DNA of 64,000 nucleotides from Microgenomates group bacterium (GTDB lineage: Bacteria; Patescibacteriota; Microgenomatia; UBA12405): the NCBI GenBank assembly GCA_049303675.1, contig JBAQNJ010000001.1, positions 472,711 to 536,710 of the forward strand. The letters are read 5' to 3'. This document shows, piece after piece, positions 54,573-62,980 of this stretch. The notes beneath the pieces were generated by a model, which saw only the letters and a program-made list of their open reading frames with translations, ran no database searches and was not told where the DNA came from. A program made the position numbers and the translations under genes. Position 1 is the stretch's first letter. Each line of letters begins with the position of its first letter.

Positions 54573-56090
54573 ATGGCCCTGGATCAACAACACTTTTATC
54601 CTCTCGTCCCAACAGCTGAACAGTCAGAAAATCTGATTAGATCGGGAGATTGGGAGATGCAAGTTATCCTCCAAGATCTACAAGCCCCTCCCATCGATAG
54701 AGTCACCTCACTCGAGGCTTATAACTCATATATAAAATCCAAAATTACTTTTGATCCAGCTAATGGACCCAAGATAATTGAGGGCTATATGTCAAATGAT
54801 CCTCTGGGTGATGGTAATCAGGGGGTAGTGGTTATGGGAAACAGTCTCAAATTAGTCGATCAAGGTTGGTCGCTGATTGCCTCTACCCAATTAACTGATA
54901 ATTCCCTTATTGTTTCCATTATTGAGCAGCCAAGAGGCACTATCGATATGAAGGGCTGGACCGCCGGAGTTGTTCGCGGATTTAATGAACCGCACATTGA
55001 TGAAGCAGATATGGCCGCACTTGAGGCATTCCAAGAAACTGGATTCCAACACGTTGATAAATTTATCCGTGAGTTGGGCATGCCTACCAATATGATGCCC
55101 ACATTTATGCTATCGCGCCTCCGCGGCGGCGCCAACTCATTCTCTATCGAATTTCCTTCAGAAATATTAGAATTAATTGATGTCCCCAGAAAACGTTGGC
55201 ATATTCGACAGGGAATATTCCAAACTGAAGCACCTCAAGCCGAAGTCGAGAAGGTCACCGCCAGTGTCTTTACCGACATTATGGAAGTTTTATCACAACG
55301 AATTTGGTCGGGTACAGTAGATGGATATAGTCTGATTTCTTCTGCCAGAATTCTAACTAGTAAAAGCAATCTTGATTTTTCTGGATATTGGCAACGTTTG
55401 GTCAGTCCCAAATCCCTTAGTCAAACTCACCACAACTATCCCATCACTCCACTAACACTCGATCGCTATCCAGAATTAACCGGAGGAACTCCAACTTGGC
55501 AAATTACTCTCAACAATCAATTGATTGTTCCTCGTCAGATGTGGTTCCATAATATTCGTACCGGTGCTGAAATTGTCCATGGTATCAAGCCCGAGGCAAA
55601 CATCTATGATGGCTTTGCTATTCATACCGACGAGATGGTAGTTATGGCCACAGTTGAAATTAATGGTCAGTTGTATGTCGGCGGACAATTTGGCTCAGTC
55701 GACCATATTGCCGAGCCAAATATTTTTCATTCACCATCTAGTACCATCAATCTAGAAAATTATTCAGATCAAGAGGCAGAAAAACTATTTTATGAGAATC
55801 TCGGATGCACCAGTGCCGAAAGTGATGGGACAGTATTGGCCCTTGCCCAGTCCGGTGGTCCCATCAATCCCAATTCTGCTCATTTTACGGGAACACTCAA
55901 AACAGTTTTTGTTCAAATAAATCCCGAAAAAGTAATTCAGATAACACCCGACAAATATGTTATCCCCAACTCAAATCCAAATTTTGTTTTTGTACCAATT
56001 AAAGAAGCTATTATGAATACTTCCCATGGCCCCACCGCTCTGGCCGCTGCCGTCCTCTGTGGTTCTGCCAAAATTATTTCTCTAAGATAA
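54573..56090 (+). CDS. hypothetical soluble protein (505 aa) with no recognisable domain
   Basis: Long ORF with good coding composition, no TM helix and no known motif. Confidence 0.5.
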   Translation: MALDQQHFYPLVPTAEQSENLIRSGDWEMQVILQDLQAPPIDRVTSLEAYNSYIKSKITFDPANGPKIIEGYMSNDPLGDGNQGVVVMGNSLKLVDQGWSLIASTQLTDNSLIVSIIEQPRGTIDMKGWTAGVVRGFNEPHIDEADMAALEAFQETGFQHVDKFIRELGMPTNMMPTFMLSRLRGGANSFSIEFPSEILELIDVPRKRWHIRQGIFQTEAPQAEVEKVTASVFTDIMEVLSQRIWSGTVDGYSLISSARILTSKSNLDFSGYWQRLVSPKSLSQTHHNYPITPLTLDRYPELTGGTPTWQITLNNQLIVPRQMWFHNIRTGAEIVHGIKPEANIYDGFAIHTDEMVVMATVEINGQLYVGGQFGSVDHIAEPNIFHSPSSTINLENYSDQEAEKLFYENLGCTSAESDGTVLALAQSGGPINPNSAHFTGTLKTVFVQINPEKVIQITPDKYVIPNSNPNFVFVPIKEAIMNTSHGPTALAAAVLCGSAKIISLR

Positions 56091-56100
56091 CCCTAGCCAT

Positions 56101-56607
56101 CTATTTTTCGGCTTCGATTATTTCTTCCATCGTCATCGTCTTAAACTTAGCATTGGCCGCGTCTTCAAACCTTACGCCCACATCAGCCCCTATTGGTCTA
56201 TTTATCGAATTTACATTCCATGTCACGTTTGGATATCTCGAGACAAATTCTGTCAAACTTATGTTGATTACAAACTCTGCATGTTCTAAGCCATTGTTAT
56301 ATTTGTCGCCTTCAGCCGGAGCCATTACTTCAAAATATTTTATTTTATACTGATGGTACTCCAGTGGTTGATCTAGTTCGTACATGTCCACAGGTCTGTT
56401 CTTAAAAATAACCTGTGTTACTCTTTTTCCAAAAGATCTCATATAAGCAGACACCTCCCTATAATCATTATCAGTCTCAGTTCTACAGGCGATGTGGTCA
56501 ATCTTAAATTGGCTGACATCAATTTTTACGCGACTTAAATTAATAAATACCTTATCTAGAAAATTAACATAGTCGTATTTAAAGTTAATCATAAATTTAT
56601 TATTCAT
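56101..56607 (-). CDS. hypothetical protein, possibly VOC/YecM-like metal-binding fold
   Basis: KIDHIACRTE ... LEHAEFVINI resemble the paired His/Glu metal-ligand blocks of YecM/VOC proteins. Confidence 0.35.
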   Translation of the reverse strand: MNNKFMINFKYDYVNFLDKVFINLSRVKIDVSQFKIDHIACRTETDNDYREVSAYMRSFGKRVTQVIFKNRPVDMYELDQPLEYHQYKIKYFEVMAPAEGDKYNNGLEHAEFVINISLTEFVSRYPNVTWNVNSINRPIGADVGVRFEDAANAKFKTMTMEEIIEAEK

Positions 56608-57845
56608 TAATCAGATGACATGATTCTCGCCACCCTCTCCCCCTCCCTGACCGCAAAATTAGTCCCCCGATCTTCCGGATATATCATCGCAAAATTCGCC
56701 TGATATATTTTGTTTTTTACTAACTCGTAACTGCTAACTCCTAACTTATAACTTGTTGTTACCAAGTGTTGTGCATTTCTAAATTTCCACACCCAACTAT
56801 CCTCGATAAGTTTTTTATTAAATTTGGGAAATATTTTTAGTAAATAATCAAAAAATATTTTTTTAATTTCGGCTTCACTTTTATCCATCAACCCACCCTC
56901 ATTGGGAATATATGTGCCCATGTAATACACCTGTTTGCCACCATAATATTTTTTATCAACCATATTGGTATGTTGAATAAAGCAGAGAATAGGGGAGTCA
57001 ATATCATTTATATTATGCCAATAATATTTACTCAAGCTCTGGGTACTAGTAAACACCACATTTATCGCCCCCAAATATTCCACCTCTTTACTCGGACCAG
57101 TGTACAGTATTTTGTCAAAATCTTTTAATTCTTTCATCTCTATTTTTTTATTTAAAATAATTTTCCCATTTATTTTTTTGGCCAATGCGTCGGCAATTAT
57201 TCTAAATCCCCCCTCAAAATATCCGAGTTTACTCGAATTTCCTCGAGTATGAATCCGCGCCCACAGCCACGCCATACTGATTTCTTTGTATTTATCTCCA
57301 AATTTTCCATGCAATAATGGTTGCCAAATTACTTCATAGGCTCTCCTCCCGCACCACTTTTTCATCCACTCTGTTGCCAACTCATTTTCATATTTATGCC
57401 AGTTATTATCATATTGTAGCCAAATTTTGACCAGTCCTAGTCTAACTTTATCCCCAATTCCCAAAGGTTTGAATTTTAGTAAATCCGTAGCCCCCATAAA
57501 TGGATACATTTTGTGGTCAAAATAAAGTGCTGTTTTCTCATCGTGCCATTTTAATTTATCAATTAGTCCCAATTCTTTGGTCAATTCTATAATATATTTA
57601 TCAGTCGAAAAAATATGATGATAGGCCTTTTCTAGGTTGGTGTTGGCAATTTTAAACCCACCTGCCAGACCTCCAATATCAGCAGATTTTTCAAAAATAG
57701 TTATCTCATGTCCCTTTTGTGACAATCTATATCCAGCCACCAATCCCGTCATGCCGGCACCTATAATCGCTATCTTTAACTTCCCCTCTTTCGTCAAAGA
57801 GGGGGTTGGGGGTGATTTTTTCTTCCCCACAATTGCAATTTTCAT
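56607..57845 (-). CDS. FAD-dependent oxidoreductase, UDP-galactopyranose-mutase (Glf)-like / amine-oxidase-like
   Basis: N-terminal dinucleotide-binding KIAIIGAGMTGLVAGYRL...IFEKSADIGG, HHIFSTDKYIIE (Glf-like HIFHTNDKYIW), and ILYTGP. The first codons MKIAIVGKKK duplicate the KIAIIG motif. Confidence 0.55.
   Translation of the reverse strand: MKIAIVGKKKSPPTPSLTKEGKLKIAIIGAGMTGLVAGYRLSQKGHEITIFEKSADIGGLAGGFKIANTNLEKAYHHIFSTDKYIIELTKELGLIDKLKWHDEKTALYFDHKMYPFMGATDLLKFKPLGIGDKVRLGLVKIWLQYDNNWHKYENELATEWMKKWCGRRAYEVIWQPLLHGKFGDKYKEISMAWLWARIHTRGNSSKLGYFEGGFRIIADALAKKINGKIILNKKIEMKELKDFDKILYTGPSKEVEYLGAINVVFTSTQSLSKYYWHNINDIDSPILCFIQHTNMVDKKYYGGKQVYYMGTYIPNEGGLMDKSEAEIKKIFFDYLLKIFPKFNKKLIEDSWVWKFRNAQHLVTTSYKLGVSSYELVKNKIYQANFAMIYPEDRGTNFAVREGERVARIMSSD
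56721..56755 (+). repeat. tandem heptamer array (TAACTCG TAACTGC TAACTCC TAACTTA TAACTTG) embedded antisense in the flavoprotein CDS
   Basis: Five contiguous TAACTNN units. On the coding strand they are read in frame as ...VTTSYKLGVSSYELVKN... Confidence 0.5.
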
Positions 57846-57865
57846 AGATTATTATATCCTAGCCT

Positions 57866-58111
57866 ATGGATCCCAAAAAACCTAACATCATATCTGCTGA
57901 AAACAAAGAAATTTTAATCAAAGAGTTAGTTGATTATTTTTCCGCCGAGCACGATATTAATGTTGGGATTATTGCTGCTGGTGAGATATTGGACAAAATA
58001 TTAGAAAAAGTTGATAAATCAATCTACAATCAAGCTATCGAAGACGCCCAAAAAATAATCCGTCAGGGCCATGAAAGCATTATTGTCAATGTCGGTGCCT
58101 TATCTAAGTAA
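57866..58111 (+). CDS. hypothetical small protein (81 aa)
   Basis: ORF only. Confidence 0.4.
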   Translation: MDPKKPNIISAENKEILIKELVDYFSAEHDINVGIIAAGEILDKILEKVDKSIYNQAIEDAQKIIRQGHESIIVNVGALSK

Positions 58112-58140
58112 ATTTATATTTCAAGGTATAGAATTAATTT

Positions 58141-60132
58141 ATGGGGGTGTTAACTGGCCTAAAAATAATAGATTTGACCAAAGTATTTAGCGGACCTTTG
58201 ACCACTCGTCATTTTGCTGATTTAGGTGCCAGGGTAATCAAAATAGAACCGGCCTCGGGTGACGATAGCCGTCAGTTCCCTCCACTCATCGGCAACTGGA
58301 GTGGATATTTTGAGGTCCTTAATCGTGGCAAAGAGTCGCTCGTTCTCGATCTGCGACAGTCTAGTGATCTAAATTCGTTTTACAAATTGTGCACCGATGC
58401 CGACGTAGTCGTGGAAAATTTTAGTCCAAATGTCAAAAAACACCTAAAGATAGACTACACATACGTCAAGAAATATAACCCCAAAATAATTTATGCCTCT
58501 ATCAGTGGCATTAGTCAAAACGTAAATCGTAAATACTATGATGTCCTGGCTCAGGCCGAGTCTGGACTAATGTCCTTAAACGGTATTCATGGCGATATGA
58601 AAAACGCCACCTCAATTGTTGATGCTTTTACTGGCGTAAAGTTGGCTTTTGCCATATCCACAGCACTTTATACACGCCAAAAAACTGGTCGCGGCTGTCA
58701 GATAGACGTCTCCATGCTGGGTTCTGCTTTCGACCTTCTCGAGCAAAACTTAATTGCCGCCTCGATTTCTCATCAAAACCCATCCAAAACTGGCAATCAC
58801 GACAACGCCATTGCTCCATTTGGCATTTTTCAGTCTGGGGACAAATCAGTGGTCTTGGCCATAGGTAACGCTGTTCAGTGGCAGGCATTTTCTAAATTTA
58901 TTCTCAAAGTAAATCCCCAATTGAACCTCGAGTTCTTTGCTACCAATCATTTACGTCTTCAAAATTTCTCCCAACTAGAAAAGTTTATTAATGAAGTCTT
59001 TTCTGATTACCCTGCCGCCAAGTTAATCAAAATCTTGCAGAAGCTGGGTATACCCTGTGCTCTAGTAAACACCATGTCAGATGTCTTGGCCGATTCAAAA
59101 AATTATCAGCAGAATTTATTGCTCAAATTAAATCACCCTACAGCGGGTAAAATAGTTGTCCCGACTGGCGGGATTACTTTTTCAAATCAGCCAGTTCTGA
59201 GTTACCTTCCATCTCCCACGCTCGATACTACAATAAAATTTTTACCCTATGACTCTTCACATGAAAACGGGGTAGTTGATCTCCTCAACCTCTGTTTTCC
59301 CAGTAAAAATATTTCCCCAAGTTCATTTGTGTGGAAACACTTTGACAAATTCTTTAATAGCCAGAGCATTGCCTATGTCGCCATTTGCGGGCAGACTATT
59401 TGTTCTTTTGTCTGTTTTACTCCAATTGAAATACAGGCAGCCAATCAGTCAGTACACCACTTCTATTCTTGCGCTGTTCAGGCAACTCATCCTAATTTTC
59501 GCCGCCTAGGTTTGGTCGGTCAACTCACCAAAATGATTGAATCCCAATTGGGGAATGATGTTAAATACTTAGGTTTTTCCAATGAGAGTGGTGTCCAAAT
59601 TGACAAGCACTCTCGTCAAATAAATTATCAAATAGTTGGCCAGTTTGCTCGTCAGTATGTTCCCTGCATTCCTCAGATACAATCAAAAATATTTTTTACC
59701 AAAATCAAGACTTTATCCTCAGATAAGTGGCCGCACCAACATATTCATATTCACAAGTCAGCCGATTATCTCGACTGGCGCTATCTTCGCAATCCCAAAA
59801 ATTCTTATGTCTACTATTCTATAAATAATTCAGATCAGGTAGTTGGCTATCTGACTTGTACTCAATCAAAATATCGGGTCGAGGTGGTTGATATCATTTT
59901 CGATGATATTCAAATTAGGTTAAAAGATATTATGAGAGCCTTTTCAAATTATGCCTTTCATCAGGGAAAATTAATTACTACCTACACCTACCTTCCCAAC
60001 ATCCTCTGGCGTGACGCATTTCCTCTGATATCCTTTACCAAAAGATTAGGAATTTACCTGACCATAAAATCAAAGTCCTTAGAATTTCTCAACCATACCC
60101 GTTGGTTTCTCCAGTCTGGAGACATCCAATAA
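58141..60132 (+). CDS. family III CoA-transferase (CaiB/BaiF-like) fused to a C-terminal GNAT/FemAB-like acyltransferase region
   Basis: N-terminal LKIIDLTKVFSGPLTTRHFADLGARVIKIEP...GDDSR...RGKES..LDL is the CaiB/BaiF signature. The C-terminal ~290 aa contains a GNAT motif A-like HPNFRRLGLVGQL. Confidence 0.55.
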   Translation: MGVLTGLKIIDLTKVFSGPLTTRHFADLGARVIKIEPASGDDSRQFPPLIGNWSGYFEVLNRGKESLVLDLRQSSDLNSFYKLCTDADVVVENFSPNVKKHLKIDYTYVKKYNPKIIYASISGISQNVNRKYYDVLAQAESGLMSLNGIHGDMKNATSIVDAFTGVKLAFAISTALYTRQKTGRGCQIDVSMLGSAFDLLEQNLIAASISHQNPSKTGNHDNAIAPFGIFQSGDKSVVLAIGNAVQWQAFSKFILKVNPQLNLEFFATNHLRLQNFSQLEKFINEVFSDYPAAKLIKILQKLGIPCALVNTMSDVLADSKNYQQNLLLKLNHPTAGKIVVPTGGITFSNQPVLSYLPSPTLDTTIKFLPYDSSHENGVVDLLNLCFPSKNISPSSFVWKHFDKFFNSQSIAYVAICGQTICSFVCFTPIEIQAANQSVHHFYSCAVQATHPNFRRLGLVGQLTKMIESQLGNDVKYLGFSNESGVQIDKHSRQINYQIVGQFARQYVPCIPQIQSKIFFTKIKTLSSDKWPHQHIHIHKSADYLDWRYLRNPKNSYVYYSINNSDQVVGYLTCTQSKYRVEVVDIIFDDIQIRLKDIMRAFSNYAFHQGKLITTYTYLPNILWRDAFPLISFTKRLGIYLTIKSKSLEFLNHTRWFLQSGDIQ

Positions 60133-60197
60133 ATACTTGTCTTATAATATATTTTTGCTATAATAATACCCATTAATACCATTCTATCTATATATTT

Positions 60198-60620
60198 ATG
60201 GCAGTTGACATCGCCCGCGTCTCCGATTTTGGATTATTAACTATTCATGGCGCCACTGTAGATTATGCCCATGATACTCCAAATACGCGGTTTCAGTTTT
60301 TTCAAATTCTCAAACTTATAGAACGTCCTGAGACTATAACTCTAAAATCATTTATTGATACAAATACATTTATTCTAGAAATAGACTCGGGTACAGACAA
60401 GTTTATCGAAAATGCAGTCACAAACTATCCTATTCGGACAGGTGAGTTGTCCCACAAATTATTTATTCGTGATATGCAACCTGATTACATCGTTAGGTTT
60501 AACTCACGCCAAACTCTACCTGTCGTCGAAATTCACTTTACTCCTTTTGATAGTTTTCAGACCCGCAGGATACCCTATCTTTTGGCCAACGAAAATACCA
60601 TCCCCATTCCCCTTCGATAG
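60198..60620 (+). CDS. hypothetical protein (140 aa)
   Basis: ORF only. Confidence 0.4.
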   Translation: MAVDIARVSDFGLLTIHGATVDYAHDTPNTRFQFFQILKLIERPETITLKSFIDTNTFILEIDSGTDKFIENAVTNYPIRTGELSHKLFIRDMQPDYIVRFNSRQTLPVVEIHFTPFDSFQTRRIPYLLANENTIPIPLR

Positions 60621-60655
60621 TTTAGGGTTTTTGTGTTATCATATTTCACGTAAAA

Positions 60656-60687
60656 CCTGCCTGCCGGCAGGCAGGGCAGCATTTTTT
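60656..60687 (+). terminator. intrinsic terminator (perfect GC palindrome plus T-run)
   Basis: cctgcctgcc/ggcaggcagg, a 20-nt perfect palindrome at 60656-60675, followed by gcagcATTTTTT. Confidence 0.6.
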
Positions 60688-60703
60688 ATTATTTATTATT
60701 TAT

Positions 60704-60745
60704 TCATAAATCGTAATTCGTAATTCATAATTCGTAATTAATTTT
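60704..60745 (+). repeat. tandem heptamer array (TCATAAA TCGTAAT TCGTAAT TCATAAT TCGTAAT TAATTTT), ending 2 nt before the fusA ATG
   Basis: Homologous to the array inside the miaB-like gene (37273-37313). Preceded by TTATTTA repeats at 60688-60703. Confidence 0.55.
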
Positions 60746-60747
60746 CT

Positions 60748-62853
60748 ATGGCTGATGCTATTAAACTCTCCAAAAATCGCGATGTTAGCATGGATCATGT
60801 CCGTAACATCGGTATTATTGCTCATATTGATGGTGGTAAGACCACTACTACCGAACGTCTCTTGTTCTACACTGGTAAAATTCACAAAATTGGCTCAGTT
60901 GACGCTGGTACCACTACTACTGATACCATGGTCCAAGAGAGGGAGAGAGGAATTACCATTCAATCCGCCTGTGTCACCACTTTTTGGCACGATTATCGTA
61001 TCAATATAATCGATACTCCGGGTCACGTCGATTTTACTGCCGAGGTCGAGCGCTCACTCCGAGTACTCGATGGCGCTATTATGATTTTCGATGGCAATGC
61101 TGGAGTTCAGGCCCAATCAGAAACTGTCTGGCGCCAAGCTGACAAATATGGCGTACCTCGGATTGCTTTTGTCAATAAAATGGACAAAGTCGGTGCCTCC
61201 TTCCAAGGGACACTCGATTCTATTACGGCCAAGCTCCGTGCGCCAATTATTGCTATGGTCCTGCCAGTGGGCGAGGAGCATGCCCATGTCGGTGTCATCG
61301 ATCTCATGGAAATGAAGATGATTGTCTACGACAAGGATCCAGAAGGTATGGAATTTACCGTAAAACCAGTAACAGAAGATTATATGAAGGCGGCCACTGC
61401 CGCCCGTGCCAAAATGGTCGAACAAATTGCCGGTGAAGATGAACATCTCATGGAGAAATTCCTCAATGATGAGGAAATTTCTATTCCCGAGCTCAAAAAA
61501 GCTCTCCGTCGGGCTACAATCGATCGCAAACTCTTCCCAGTATTCTGTGGTGCCGCTTGGCGCAACAAGGGGATTCATCCCATTTTGGATGCCATTGTTG
61601 ACTATTTACCCTCTCCTACCGATTTACCACCCATTGAAGGTTATGACGTGGTCACTCAAGACAAAATTTATCGCAATCCCGAGAAATCAGCTCCCTTATC
61701 GGCCATGCTCTTCAAGGTCCAATCAGATGCCCATGTCGGTACTTTGTCCTATGTTAGGGTATATTCTGGTACTATCCGCTCTGGTTCAGATGTCTACAAT
61801 GCTACCAAACAGAAAACCGAACGTATTGGTCGTCTGCTTTTAATGCACGCCGACAAACGTGAGGGAATTGAAGAAGGTTATGCTGGAGAAATTATTGCCT
61901 GTATTGGCCTCAAAGAATCAACTACTGGCGATACACTTTGCGACAAATCAGCTCCAATTTCTCTCTCCCCAATTCAGTTCTCCGATCCAGTTATTTCGCT
62001 CTCAATTGAGCCAGAAACTGCCGATGATCAGGAAAAAATGGGCGCCGCCCTCAATCGTCTGGCCATTGAAGACCCTACCTTTAAAGTTAGTTACAATCAC
62101 GAAACTGGTCAAACAATTATCGCTGGTATGGGCGAACTTTACCTCGATATTATCGTCGATCGTCTCCGTCGTGAATTCAATGTCGGTGTCAAAACCGGTG
62201 CTCCCCAAGTCGCTTATCGTGAGACAATCTCAGAAAATGCCGATGGTGAGGGTAAATACATTCATCAATCCGGTGGTCATGGACAATATGGTCATTGTAA
62301 AGTCAAAGTTGAGCCCAAAAATCGCGGTGAAGGTGTTGAGTTTGTCAATGGCATCAAGGGAGGTGTTATTCCCGCCAACTTTATTCCGGCTATTGAAAAG
62401 GGAGTCAAAGAATCACTCCAAAAGGGTATTATCGCCGGTTATCCTTGCACCGATATCAAGGTCACTGTTTACGACGGATCCTACCATGATGTTGATTCAT
62501 CCGAGGCCGCCTTCAAATTAGCTGGTAATTATGCCATCAAAGACGCCTTTACCAAGGCCAGACCTCTAATTCTCGAGCCTATCATGAAGATGGAGGTCGC
62601 CACCCCCTCAGAATTTCAGGGAACTGTTATTGGAGATTTGGCTTCTCGTCGCGGTCAGGTGAGTGGGACTACCGATTCACTCGGTTACACTACTATTACT
62701 GCCCTCATCCCTCTAGAAATGGTCCGAGGTTACGCTACTGTTATTAGATCTCTGACTCAAGGTCGCGGATCTTTTTACATGGAGCCATCCCACTATGATC
62801 CCGTTCCTCGTGATGTCCAAGAAAAATTGACCATCAAACCAGGTAAAGAATAA
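60748..62853 (+). CDS. fusA: elongation factor G
   Basis: NIGIIAHIDGGKTTTTE, DTPGHVDF, NKMD, and all five EF-G domains. 701 aa. Confidence 0.96.
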   Translation: MADAIKLSKNRDVSMDHVRNIGIIAHIDGGKTTTTERLLFYTGKIHKIGSVDAGTTTTDTMVQERERGITIQSACVTTFWHDYRINIIDTPGHVDFTAEVERSLRVLDGAIMIFDGNAGVQAQSETVWRQADKYGVPRIAFVNKMDKVGASFQGTLDSITAKLRAPIIAMVLPVGEEHAHVGVIDLMEMKMIVYDKDPEGMEFTVKPVTEDYMKAATAARAKMVEQIAGEDEHLMEKFLNDEEISIPELKKALRRATIDRKLFPVFCGAAWRNKGIHPILDAIVDYLPSPTDLPPIEGYDVVTQDKIYRNPEKSAPLSAMLFKVQSDAHVGTLSYVRVYSGTIRSGSDVYNATKQKTERIGRLLLMHADKREGIEEGYAGEIIACIGLKESTTGDTLCDKSAPISLSPIQFSDPVISLSIEPETADDQEKMGAALNRLAIEDPTFKVSYNHETGQTIIAGMGELYLDIIVDRLRREFNVGVKTGAPQVAYRETISENADGEGKYIHQSGGHGQYGHCKVKVEPKNRGEGVEFVNGIKGGVIPANFIPAIEKGVKESLQKGIIAGYPCTDIKVTVYDGSYHDVDSSEAAFKLAGNYAIKDAFTKARPLILEPIMKMEVATPSEFQGTVIGDLASRRGQVSGTTDSLGYTTITALIPLEMVRGYATVIRSLTQGRGSFYMEPSHYDPVPRDVQEKLTIKPGKE

Positions 62854-62867
62854 AGAGTTTACCCGCC

Positions 62868-62920
62868 GTGGCGGGTCATTGCGAGGAGCATAGCGACGCG
62901 GCAATCTTTAACAACGTGAC
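62868..62920. repeat. dispersed intergenic repeat, copy 2 (gtcattgcgagg-N20-cgcggcaatctttaacaacgtga)
   Basis: Same conserved arms as 10738-10790. Preceded by a small hairpin cccgcc-gt-ggcggg at 62858-62871. Lies immediately 3' of fusA. Confidence 0.5.
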
Positions 62921-62929
62921 TTAAATACA

Positions 62930-62958
62930 ATATCCCCCAGAAATGGGGGATATTTTTA
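62930..62958 (+). terminator. terminator hairpin, copy 1 (atatccccc-agaaat-gggggatat plus TTTT)
   Basis: Perfect 9-bp stem and T-run. Duplicated at 63362-63391. Confidence 0.6.
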
Positions 62959-62980
62959 ATTACTGTGATACAATCCCCAA

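Noticed and set aside
20850-60745. Tandem heptamer arrays considered as CRISPR arrays
   Set aside because: Units are 7 nt and directly contiguous with no spacers, and no cas genes are present. CRISPR repeats are 24-48 nt and separated by unique spacers of similar length.
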